This document shows, in pieces, positions 24,758-35,100 of a DNA stretch of 57,746 nt. The notes under the pieces are model-generated. The model saw nothing but the letters and a program-made list of their open reading frames with translations. It searched no databases and was not told where the DNA came from. Numbering within the stretch: the stretch's first letter is position 1; each line of letters starts with the position of its first letter. This DNA is from Nemertoderma westbladi (Eukaryota; Animalia; Xenacoelomorpha), in contig JAUCBJ010005699.1 in assembly GCA_032718475.1 (NCBI GenBank), forward strand, positions 1 through 57,746, read 5' to 3'. The translations under genes were made by a program, and so were the position numbers.

Positions 24758-25321
24758 ATGGATTCTGATTTATTTCAAAGATACAGTAAACCTCAATATG
24801 GTGGTGCAGACTCGAATCTTGCTGTTTTTAAAGGTGGAAGAAGTACCAGAGGGTCGATGCAAGTTCCTGTTTTTCGAGGTGGTTCATATATTGACCCTTA
24901 CGGTCAACAAATTGGCACATTTGGTACAAACTTAAAACAACGTCGTTTTCAGCGTTATCGTAGAGGTATGCGGGCAAATCAACACGGAGAAGGTATATTT
25001 ACAGACGCTTTATCGACATTGAAAAAATTTGGTAAGCCATTAGCTAAAAAAGTTTTACAGAAAGCTTTACCATTTACCACAAAATTTATGAGACAACACG
25101 TAATACCAAAAGGTAAGCGGGTCTTACATCAGCAGGCTAATACGGTTATTAATAAAGCATTAAATAAAATGAAACCGTCAACAAGGTCAGTTGTAGAAAA
25201 AGTTTATAGAGATTTAAAGCGACCCGCTAGACCAATGTCTATGAACATACATCATCGACGTAGTAATAAAAATAAAAAAATAAAGGGCAAACTGAAACAC
25301 TGCGAAAAAAGTATTTTTTAA
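24758..25321 (+). CDS. Basic virion core / membrane-active protein with probable adenain cleavage sites
   Basis: Between penton and hexon; R/K rich; QYGG, FKGG, FRGG, QHGEG motifs followed by amphipathic IFTDALSTLKKFGKPLAKKVL. Confidence 0.7.
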   Translation: MDSDLFQRYSKPQYGGADSNLAVFKGGRSTRGSMQVPVFRGGSYIDPYGQQIGTFGTNLKQRRFQRYRRGMRANQHGEGIFTDALSTLKKFGKPLAKKVLQKALPFTTKFMRQHVIPKGKRVLHQQANTVINKALNKMKPSTRSVVEKVYRDLKRPARPMSMNIHHRRSNKNKKIKGKLKHCEKSIF

Positions 25322-25323
25322 TA

Positions 25324-26583
25324 ATGTCAATTATTAAGGAATTAGATTTATTTTCTACACAGCCAATACAGACTGAATTTAAAGCAAAGCATTATGAAAC
25401 AATTTACCCCGTATCTAATCTCAGAAGTGAATCTAGGGAGGTCACGTTCCTTGTACCGAGATCCAATGAATTCTATACGAAACGACAAGACGCGTTATTA
25501 ATTACAAAATGTACTGTACGATGGGATAGACGACTTGAAAACTCCCATATATATATGTTGAATTACCCCGCTGAAACTATGTGGAGTGATATTAAAATAG
25601 ACCTTAATGAGAAGCAGGTTGAAAATAGCAATAACCATTATTTCTACAAGTCGTACTTATCCAATTTATTATTTACAACTTACAAGGATAAAAATGGGCT
25701 ACTGGGTGCGGGTGGCTTTCATCAACCTTTATCTGAACATGGAAATGAAATTGACCCAGGCGCGCATCCTATTGGTGATGCCTTTAGTAAATAAATGCAA
25801 TTTGTAAGTGGATTGACAATTGATTTTGATACTGAAACTAAAATAATACAACCCGGGTATGATTTAAGAATGCATTTTAGAAAAGTATCAAATTCGTTTA
25901 TTTTTAAAATCACTCCAAACGCAAACGCTGTGACAAATCTTCGGTTAGAATTAGATGAAATAAAGATCCTAATCCCTAGAATGGAGGTTAATCCGGTAAT
26001 AGAAAGCAGTCACCTAAAAGGTTTAGAGAGTTACGATATTGAATATCAATTCCAAAAAAAGGAGGTGACAACATTTACTATTCCCGCACAAACCACAAAT
26101 TACACCCAAACAAACATATTTGATGGTAAAAAACCCAAATTAGTTATTATCGGCTTCATAACAAATAACGCTTATTCGGGAGAATTAATTAGCAATCCCT
26201 TGAAATTTGAACATTTTAACCATAGACGCGCAGAACTGATTGTAGACGGTCTTCCAGTAGGTGGTGTAATATACGAGCCTAATTTTACAGATGGAACATA
26301 TATTTTTGAGTATACTCAATTAATGAAGAACATTAATACATATATTAACGGTTATGGAGGTAATAATATAGACCATGAAACCTACTTAGGTAATTGCCCC
26401 ATCCTATCCTGGGACCTAACCGCCAACGGCTATGTTAGAGATCCGCAACCGTCGATATATACTAACGGTCAATTAAAATTAAGATTTGCCGAACCGTTGG
26501 TTGAAACCATAAATGTAATCGTTTTTAATATTTATGATCAATCATTAAGTTTAAATAGCAGGAAAGAAATACATATCGATTAA
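25324..26583 (+). pseudogene. Major capsid protein (hexon, double jelly-roll) with one in-frame TAA at 25792-25794
   Basis: ELDLF..PIQT...YETIYP, NY...MWSDI..LN, Y.YKSYL..LL, IFDGKKPKLVIIGF...AYSG...NPLKFEHFN, WDLT, LKLRFAEPL; both ORFs share a frame. Confidence 0.9.
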
Positions 26584-26585
26584 GT

Positions 26586-26984
26586 ATGTTATCTACAGAG
26601 GACCTTGATATGTTTCCAGTGGGTGGTCACTATTTGGGTGCGTTTCCAGCTAATAAATTACCTAAATTAGATAATAATAAGCGGCAGGATTATGGGCTAA
26701 TAGTAAATACCGATAAAGAGCATCTGCCTGGTATTCATTGGATCGCAATATATATACGAGATAATGAGGCCGAAGTATTTGACTCGTTTGGACCAAAATA
26801 TCCAAACAGATGCATCAAAAAATGGCTTGAGAAAAATTCCGCAAGGTGGCGTACTACTCGCAAACAATTTCAAGACCCAAGGAGGACCACATGCGGTCTG
26901 TACTGTCTTTATTATTTGGTAAATCGTATTCACACAATCTATCCAATGAGAGCGTTTACATATAATGTGGAAATAAATAAATAA
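26586..26984 (+). CDS. Adenain-like cysteine maturation protease (C-terminus possibly clipped)
   Basis: YLGAFPAN, IVNTD...PGIHWIAI, FDSFG, Q...TCGLYC (His/Asp/Gln/Cys set). Confidence 0.92.
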   Translation: MLSTEDLDMFPVGGHYLGAFPANKLPKLDNNKRQDYGLIVNTDKEHLPGIHWIAIYIRDNEAEVFDSFGPKYPNRCIKKWLEKNSARWRTTRKQFQDPRRTTCGLYCLYYLVNRIHTIYPMRAFTYNVEINK

Positions 26985-27072
26985 TATTATATAAATGGCT
27001 TGTTAATTATTATAAAATAAACCAACATGCGTTGTAATTAATCATTTAACTTGCTTTTGTTTATCAGATAAA

Positions 27073-27672
27073 ATGGATAATATTATTTTTGTTGATTTTC
27101 AATATTATAAGATAGACAATAAAGTGTATCTGGTAGTATTTAAAGAATTTGCAATATTCGATTCTAATTACACCAAAACTAATGTAAAGACGTTTTTAAT
27201 TAAAGGCCCGTCTAATATTAAGTTATCAGCTTTAGATGCAGCCCACGTAAACAATTTACGGGATATGACTTCTCACTTGCCCTGGGACTATGGGGACATT
27301 TCTCAAGATGACTTTAAAAAATATATGAAGAGACATTTAAAATATAAAAAAAATATTCATGTATTTGGGTTGCTGAAGCAGGCAATATTAGTTTCCCAAC
27401 TCGATGTTCTCGAGCCAAATTCGGTGGAGAGATTGGGAATATATAAGCAATATCACGATTATTTAACCCCTTGTCGGTTTCACGACCGATTCACTACAGT
27501 AGAAAATAAATGTGCGTTCCACTTAAACATAAGGGATAACTGTCTGCGATACTGCTCAGCAAAACGCGTTGGGGGGTATGAGATGCTACACTTTTTCATG
27601 AGAAAGCGTTTAACTGCGACTGATGATGATGATAAACAGAAAGAAATAACTGCGGTGGAAGATGTACTGTAG
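27073..27672 (+). CDS. DEDD/DnaQ-like nuclease-fold protein of Polintons
   Basis: IFVDFQ...FKEFAI...FLIKGP...HLPWDYGDI...IHVFG..K, with a C-terminal Cys/His cluster. Confidence 0.6.
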   Translation: MDNIIFVDFQYYKIDNKVYLVVFKEFAIFDSNYTKTNVKTFLIKGPSNIKLSALDAAHVNNLRDMTSHLPWDYGDISQDDFKKYMKRHLKYKKNIHVFGLLKQAILVSQLDVLEPNSVERLGIYKQYHDYLTPCRFHDRFTTVENKCAFHLNIRDNCLRYCSAKRVGGYEMLHFFMRKRLTATDDDDKQKEITAVEDVL

Positions 27673-28039
27673 GTTTACTCTAAGCATGTAATGTGATGGG
27701 ATATAATATAATTTTATTTTGGTGATGATCTTGATGTTAATATAAAAATATAATAAAATATAATTTTTTTACAACAAGTTCTCTAAAAAGAGTCAATTGC
27801 GCTAGGTTAACCATACACATTTAACAATATGATGTAGACGTAACATGTACAGTAAGTATTCTCGATATCATTCTAATATAGATGTACTGGTATTGCGAAA
27901 CATCCTATACATCGCAAACTAATAACACATACAGTAGTTGACTAGTAATATTAGTCAGAAATGCAACATAAACTGTATAGGATGTAGTGTTAACCTGTTG
28001 GTACCGGTACTGATAAATTCAATAATTTATTATAGGCCT

Positions 28040-28835
28040 AACCACAACTGTCATCCGCTTTATCAGTACCGGTAGTGTTTTACTCTTCCAACACTGTAGT
28101 CACAGTCTACTGGTATCAGTACAGCAGTAATCTGAAGCAATAGCATACTGCTGTCATGATCCGGATTACACGCAGGGGTCTCACATATAGGGATTAGATC
28201 ACCTACCCAAACAATACAGTACTGCAGTACAGTCGTTGTTGTTGTAACAGCATAGTTAGATACAGCATACTGATTTCCTTTGATTAGCATTGTACCGCAG
28301 TACCGGTACCGCAGTATTAATGTAACAGTACCCGCAGTAACAAACTAGGCTAATGTATACAATATCGTGAGCCAGTTACATCAGATGTGTACGCTGTCAG
28401 CCACACTGCGGGGGATGCGGTCAACCTCGCAGCTCCTATCCACAACTGTCATCCACTTTATCAGTACAGCAGTAATCTGATGCAATAGCATTTGTTTTTT
28501 TTCACCTATAAGGATACTGCTGTCTACCCGAACCTTGATTAGCATACTGCTGTCATAACCTAGAAGGCACGCGTGGCTCTCACATATAGGGATTAGATCA
28601 CCTACCCAAACAATACAGTACTGCAGTACTGTCGTTGTTGTTGTTGTAACAGTATAGTCAGATACAGCATGTTGATTTCCTTTAATTAGCATTGTACCGC
28701 AGTACCGCTACTACAGTATTAATGTAACAGTACCCGCAGTAACAAACTAAACCATTGTATACAATATCGTGAGCCAGTTACAATCGGATGTGCGCACAGT
28801 CAGCCACGCTGCTGGGAAGCGGTCCACCTCGCAGC
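28040..28835. repeat. Imperfect ~400-bp tandem duplication
   Basis: Shared blocks CCACAACTGTCATCC, TCTCACATATAGGGATTAGATCACCTACCC and GTATACAATATCGTGAGCCAGTTACA occur twice. Confidence 0.8.
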
Positions 28836-28859
28836 CGCCCAGCCACCCTCGCAGCTAGT

Positions 28860-29022
28860 CACGCAGTCAGCCTCGCGGCACGCAGTCAGCCTCGCGGCAT
28901 GCAGTCAGCCTCGCGGCACGCAGTCAGCATCGCGGCACGCAGTCAGCCTCGCGGCACGCAGTCAGCCTCGTGGTCGGTCATGCAGTCAGCCAGCCAGCCA
29001 CGCGGCTTGGCACGCAGTCAGC
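28860..29022. repeat. GC-rich ~19-bp minisatellite CGCAGTCAGCCTCGCGGCA
   Basis: About 7-8 degenerate copies. Confidence 0.85.
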
Positions 29023-29345
29023 CCGTGAGAGTCATACTTATTCAAACGAGGTTAGTTTTCCCTAACTACCGATAGATTGATTAAAAAAATAATAATGTTT
29101 AATTTTCACCTTCTAATCACCAACACCTAAAGTCACAACACCAAACATTAATAAATAATTAACAAGTTTACTAAATATAGGGTAATAAATGTGAAATTTG
29201 CTAGGTGAACACATTAAAGTACATTTACCAGTATGAAAGCAGCAAATGACTACGGTATTATTTATTCTTATTTTGCAATTATTAAAAATTTCAGGTTCAT
29301 ATATAACTTGAAGTTGCACATTATCAAAGACAACATAAAACCCGG

Positions 29346-31897
29346 TGTAACAGAAAAATATGCCCCCCCGGGAAATGTGCCCGGGGGGGCATATTTTCCT
29401 AGGAAAAAATGCCCCCCCGGGCAAATTTCCCTAGGAAAAAATGCCCCCCCTTAGGAAATTATGCCCCCCCTGAATTATACTATTTAACTGAAGACTGTCT
29501 GACTCTTTATCAACATCATATATTAATGATAGTAAATGGCTGAATGGCCAACCAAATTAAATCTTTAATAATTGAATTAGCAAATCAAGTTTTGTAATAT
29601 TTTGTATTTTACTGAAGACTGTCTGACTCTTTATTATCAACATCATATATTAATGATAGTAAATGGCTGAATGGCCAACCAAATTAAATCTTTAATAATT
29701 GAATTAGCAAATCAAGTTTTGTAATATAGACAATGTGTCCACGTCGTCGGAGGGAGACTGGTGATTTATCTTTCGGGTTTTCTTACCCTTCTTGGTTAGG
29801 TTCACTTGAAAATCTTCCAATGAATGGAATTTTTTCAGTTTACTACCATTAGCTGTACTTTTTAATTCTATTCCAAGGCTGTTCTTCAGCTTATAGACAC
29901 CCTTTGACAGTATAGCTGAAATTGAATATGGACCCAACCAAGAAGGTTGCAACTTACCACCCTTGCGCTGATCATTACGGGAATTTCGCAACAAAACGTT
30001 GTCATCAATTTTATAACTTGTGGCATTCCGTCGACTATTATACGCCTTCTGTTGTCGTTCCTGCGCTTTGCCAATATTCGATAGCGCTGCAGAAGTGATT
30101 GCAGCGCGAGTAGATTTCATCCTTTGAACAGCCTCCTCTACTTCCGCCTCTTCGAGATTAGTACCTTTCTCTGACATTACGTAATCATGATCAGCATGGT
30201 CAACGTGACCAGTGGAATTGGGTCTGGGATTAAAAGTCAATTCAATAGGTAGTATCGGTTTGCGCCCAAACATCAACTCAAAAGGACTAAAACGTGTGGA
30301 TGCGTTAACACTTGTCCGATATCCAAAAAGGACAGCATTGATGTAGATGTCCCAGTCGTTCTGGTTATCGTTGACAAACTTAACCAGAGCTGTCTTGAGC
30401 GTTTTATTAAAACGCTCATCGAGGCCGTTCGTTTGAGGATGGTAGGCGGAGGAAACACGATGGTCTGTCCCTGTAAATGAAAACAACGCATCGTTGACGT
30501 TTGCGACAAATTCACGACCTTGGTCCGACATAACTATCTCAGCAACTCCGTATCGGGTTAACAGCTCATATAGAAACTCGGCAACAAGGTAAGCATCTTT
30601 GCTGGGTATAGCTTTAGCTTCAGGCCACTTCGAAAAATAGTCGGTACATGTAATAATATACTTGTTCCCCTTTGAAGTAACCGTAAGTGGGCCGACTAAA
30701 TCGATACCGATGCGACTCCAAACTGTACCGTGGATTTCAATGGACTGGAGCTCTAATCCGGTTTTAGAAATCAACTTTGATGAACGTTGGCATATTTCGC
30801 AGTGCTTCACAAATTCTCCTACGTCCCGAGACAATGAATACCAGAAATATCTCGTACAGATTTTTTCCAGGGTCTTGTCCCGCCCGAGATGGGCAGCGAT
30901 AGCATCTGAATGGCAGGCTCCGATTATCTTCAGTTGATCGGAAGAAGAGGCAACCCAACGTCTGGGCTTTCTGGCTTCAACACCGTCGTTTTCCTTTCCT
31001 TCCTTTGACTTTTTACTGAGGTTGTAGAACAGTTGAGAATCTTTCAGATAAAACCTTGTGGCTTTCCGACGAATCTCCCGTTTATTTTCCTTTGAAGTTC
31101 CGTCGTTATAAGTACCGTTCGATAAGTAACGGAATATAGCATTGTAATCGGCGCATTCAGACTCACCCATGTCTAGTTTGAGTAGGTAGCTGGGTAGTCC
31201 TAACACTGTGAGACTGTACCAGTAGGCCTATAACTCGATATGGTGATATGGTCTGAACTATAAACTCCAACTATGAAACTTCATATAGTACAGTTACAGT
31301 TCTGCAGTTAGTACCGGTGGTGTTACAGTGGTGGTGTTTTCTAACCAAAACAATAAACTAATCTCCATTACTTAATTAACGGAAAGGATCAGGTTACAGT
31401 GGTGGGCTTTTCTAACCAAAACAATAAACAATATCTCAATAACATAGCGTATTTCATACTTATAGTCTTATTTTTGCAATACGAAAATACCAACGGTACG
31501 GATATGAACTATAACTCACACCCGCACTGCTGTTATACCAGTACCGTACTTACTACAGTAGCCTACTGACTTAGATACTTCAGTATGCTGTTCTACATCC
31601 CTTACTGCCTTACCTGCTTACCTACTGGCAGACCAGTACCGTACTATTCTTCCAACTATTACAAGTTCTGCAGTTGGTAGATTAAAAGTGGCTACCAGCA
31701 GACCGGTATCGTACCAGTTTTCAGACTTTTGACAGTTTGAGGGGGGGCTAATTTTCCTGAGGGGAGGCATTATTTCCTAAGGAGAAAATGCCCCCCCGGG
31801 CTAAATTTCCTAGGAAAAATTGCCCGGGGGGACATAATATCCTAGGAAATAATGCCCCGGGGGGCATATTCTAGGGGGGGCTGATTTCCTTGTGACA
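29346..31897 (-). mobile_element. Ginger1-type DNA transposon
   Basis: Ends TGTAACA / TGTGACA; imperfect ~130-160-bp TIRs built from CCTAGGAAA and GCCCCCCGGG units; CCGG duplicated at 29342-29345 and 31898-31901. Confidence 0.92.
29704..31206 (-). CDS. Ginger transposase (Gypsy-like integrase); likely ATG at 31170
   Basis: YL...Y N-terminal motif, H...HLG...CEIC zinc finger, GIDLVGP / SDQGREF / NGLDER triad, WLGPY motif; no RT; uninterrupted ORF. Confidence 0.92.
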   Translation of the reverse strand: MLGLPSYLLKLDMGESECADYNAIFRYLSNGTYNDGTSKENKREIRRKATRFYLKDSQLFYNLSKKSKEGKENDGVEARKPRRWVASSSDQLKIIGACHSDAIAAHLGRDKTLEKICTRYFWYSLSRDVGEFVKHCEICQRSSKLISKTGLELQSIEIHGTVWSRIGIDLVGPLTVTSKGNKYIITCTDYFSKWPEAKAIPSKDAYLVAEFLYELLTRYGVAEIVMSDQGREFVANVNDALFSFTGTDHRVSSAYHPQTNGLDERFNKTLKTALVKFVNDNQNDWDIYINAVLFGYRTSVNASTRFSPFELMFGRKPILPIELTFNPRPNSTGHVDHADHDYVMSEKGTNLEEAEVEEAVQRMKSTRAAITSAALSNIGKAQERQQKAYNSRRNATSYKIDDNVLLRNSRNDQRKGGKLQPSWLGPYSISAILSKGVYKLKNSLGIELKSTANGSKLKKFHSLEDFQVNLTKKGKKTRKINHQSPSDDVDTLSILQNLIC

Positions 31898-32196
31898 CCG
31901 GTATTGTTTATCAATAACCTATAGACTACAGACTTAATACTAAAAATATAAGTACATAAATTAACAGATTTTAAAATCAAATTAATACTAGTTTTATCAA
32001 ATATATGCTTTTTTACTTTTTGGAAATTATACTTACTGCCTAATAATGTAATACGACCATTTTTAAATATTAATAATGTGGCACCAAATATCTTAGATAT
32101 ATAAACTGACTTGGTTTGAGTATGTGTTTACCAGATAATTGATTTTTTAATTCTTTAAAATTAATCGCTGACACTTGCTGGCAACTTACATTCTTA

Positions 32197-35100
32197 TTAA
32201 CTATCTGATAGTTCATTGTTTGGTTCCCGATAAATAGGTATATTGTTTTTTTTTACGGGTTTTTCAACCTTTGTTTGATAGTGACCCCAGGGAAGCGAAT
32301 GATTTTTATTAACCCAATAAAGTTTATCGTCAAATGCGCTGAGAGCAAACTTATCTCGTGCTACAGTATACACTTTGTGTAATTGACTCTGAAATTGGTG
32401 CGTTTCCTTGGAAATTTCTAAGTTATCCTTATATGCACTTAAATAATCCTCGTGGCAAATATTTTTATCCACGACAGCTCTTGTTATTCCTTTCGCCCGT
32501 CGTATATTTGTTTCATTGAATTCTAAAATTGAATATAACTTTGGTCTTAAAAATACTGCTTGTTTAATTTTACGTGAGGCTAGTTCATCTTTACAGTAAT
32601 AGAGCCTGGATTTATTTTTATCGCTGTAGAGAGGGTGATCCTTGGGGTAATTGGATGTATCTAAAATATTATTTTTAATTAAGGCTTTTAAGAAATTACT
32701 CTGCGATGTATTATAGTAACACCCTATTAAAGAGTCCGTATCTGATGCTACAATTTCAATTCGGCAGTTTAATTCTTTCTCAATAGGTAGCAATTTATCG
32801 TAATACAGCTGATACATATCCAATTTAGCTAAGTCCAAGACAGTACTACCTACATAGACCGGCTTATCGAGAGTTACAGAGTCTTTCACTAATAAATGTC
32901 CCGATAAGGAATCGTTATAAATCATGAAATTTTCGTGATTTATACGTTTGACCAATAGGTCGCATTTCTCTTTACTATTAGCGATACGAAAGTTGCAACG
33001 GTCCCTTATCTTCTCTATCGTTTTTCCAAATAACGAATTATTTAGAAGCTTCGCAACAGCTGTTTCAATGTAACTTTTTGCTACGCGCCTTTGATTAATA
33101 TTAAAATCTATATAGGGTTTAAATACAAAGTCTTGATGGAAAGAATACAATTTATGGAGCTTAGTAACAATTAAACCTTGTTTTATATAAAATTTTAACA
33201 GTTTTAAATTTACATGATAGAATTCCTTATCGAATTGTGTCAACATAAGTTTTGGTGCACACATCTTATAATTGCTATTAGTACCTCTTTGTTTACAAAC
33301 ATGATTATATTGTTCCCTCATATATGGTGAAAGCATTATCTCATTTATACTTAAATGTTCTGGAGCTAAGGGTAGTTCTAATGTACGATCATGAATATCT
33401 TTGGGATATTTCAAATCGCAAATTAAGAAAAACCCAATATCACCTTCAGTATCAAGATTTGTCAAATAGTTTATTAGTTCTTCTGGAGCAGCATTCTCTA
33501 AATATGTAACGTTGACTTGTTCAAACCCTGAAACAGGTAGCTTTTTACTTAAATTACCAGAATACAAGGAATTAAAATCTATATTGAAAATATGACACTC
33601 TTCCTTGCTTGGATCATAATTATCAGTATCTGGTATATTTGATTCTATGTAATGCTTTCGACAGAATGATACCCCTCCTCTAATAGATGCTTCAAAATCT
33701 CTATATGTTTGGTAATCTTTTATTAATGCTAACTTACATTTATTGTATTTCAGGGCGCAATCATAAGTGAAAGCTGCGATACTGCAATAATAAACTACTT
33801 CTAATTCGTAGTTTTGTCTACACACTCTCCTAAAGTTCTCAAATATATCAGCGAGGAGACAAACATTGAGTTTTAAGTATGCTAAAAGATAATCCTTGAG
33901 ATTCACACAGTCAAACTGACTCCATGATGCGTTGGCAAAACTATATTCCTCGGGTGTACAGGTATTTTGTGTTAATTTACTATAAAATTTGTCTATTGAT
34001 GGTAATTTCGAATCATTGAATTTATTTAAATCTGTCAGATACTCGTAGGGAAATATACCTTTTCGTTTAATTGTTGCATTATTTAAATTTGGATAAAAAT
34101 ATTTCATTTGCTGTTCAGTAATTGGTAGAACTGATGTTATATCCTCGCTGTCTATATCCTTTGTTGAACAATCAACTAAAGTACTTAGGGAAAAGGATAA
34201 AAATTGATATGTGTCTAAGACACGTAGCTCGATCTTAGTTTTTTCATCTTTCACCGGTATATGCATGCTTAGTGAAATATACCTTTCAGAATTTTTAGGG
34301 ATCACCTTTATATCCCAATCGGAATATTTATTGTTGGTAAAACCAACTTGTAAAAGAAAATGCAAATCGTAGAGATTGCAGTTGTGTGCAGCGAGTATAT
34401 ACATGTGTCGTTTCAATGATAAAGAGCGGTTACACGCGTTACAAGCGGCTGCTATATAGTTACCAGTAATATGTGAGTGATGTTTATTTTTCTCAGACTT
34501 ATCCTTAAATAAAACATTGCAATAAAAGCAAGTTTTAGCTTTCCAAAAACTTAACTTATCTACTTCGTTAAGTATAATCTTCTCTCGCGTATGGGTTTCT
34601 GCCCACTTATATAATTGGGTGATGTCATTATATACAGAGTCTAAAAAGTCTTGAATACAGTTGTTGTCGATTGTTTTTGTAAAGGTCTTCAAATAAAATT
34701 TTGGTGGATTGATTAATTCACTACTAGGAACAATTAAATAACTTACAGCGCATGGAATATGATTCTGAATAAATTTACTGTTGGTGGCTGGCTCCAAAAT
34801 AGATTCTATGTCAAAATATATTACAAACAATGCTGGTAATGTTCTATCTAAATTTCTTAACCTAATGTGAGTTCTTTTTTCAGACGATAGCTTCTCAACT
34901 TGACTTTTTCCTCGATAACAAGCAAGACGGTGACGTTCTAGAACATCCTTGCTGTAGAAATGAGACAAACACCGTTCACAAAATTTCCTACATCTAATAT
35001 GCTTACCTGTTGTATTCAACAAACGATTCAAGTTAGTTATGCAAACATAATGTGATTGTTTACTCGTATTCTTATTTTTTACAAGTAATATATTCAATAA

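Larger units (their letters stand above)
29113..32216 (-). pseudogene. TATA-binding-protein-like gene of the Polinton, split by the Ginger transposon
   Basis: Removing 29346-31901 joins ...LINNTG/FYVVFDNVQ... in frame. Two TBP-like repeats: YQIVNKNVSC...ATLLIFKNGRITLLGSK and YEPEIF...VICCFHTGKCTL. One frameshift near 32100; ATG 32216 overlaps the PolB stop. Confidence 0.75.

Noticed and set aside
28063-29075. Short ORFs 28063-28290, 28381-28692 and 28788-29075
   Set aside because: Explained by the tandem duplication and minisatellite; no protein motifs
29704-31206. Integrase read as the Polinton's own integrase
   Set aside because: It sits within its own TIRs and CCGG duplication and interrupts a Polinton gene, so it is a separate Ginger insertion
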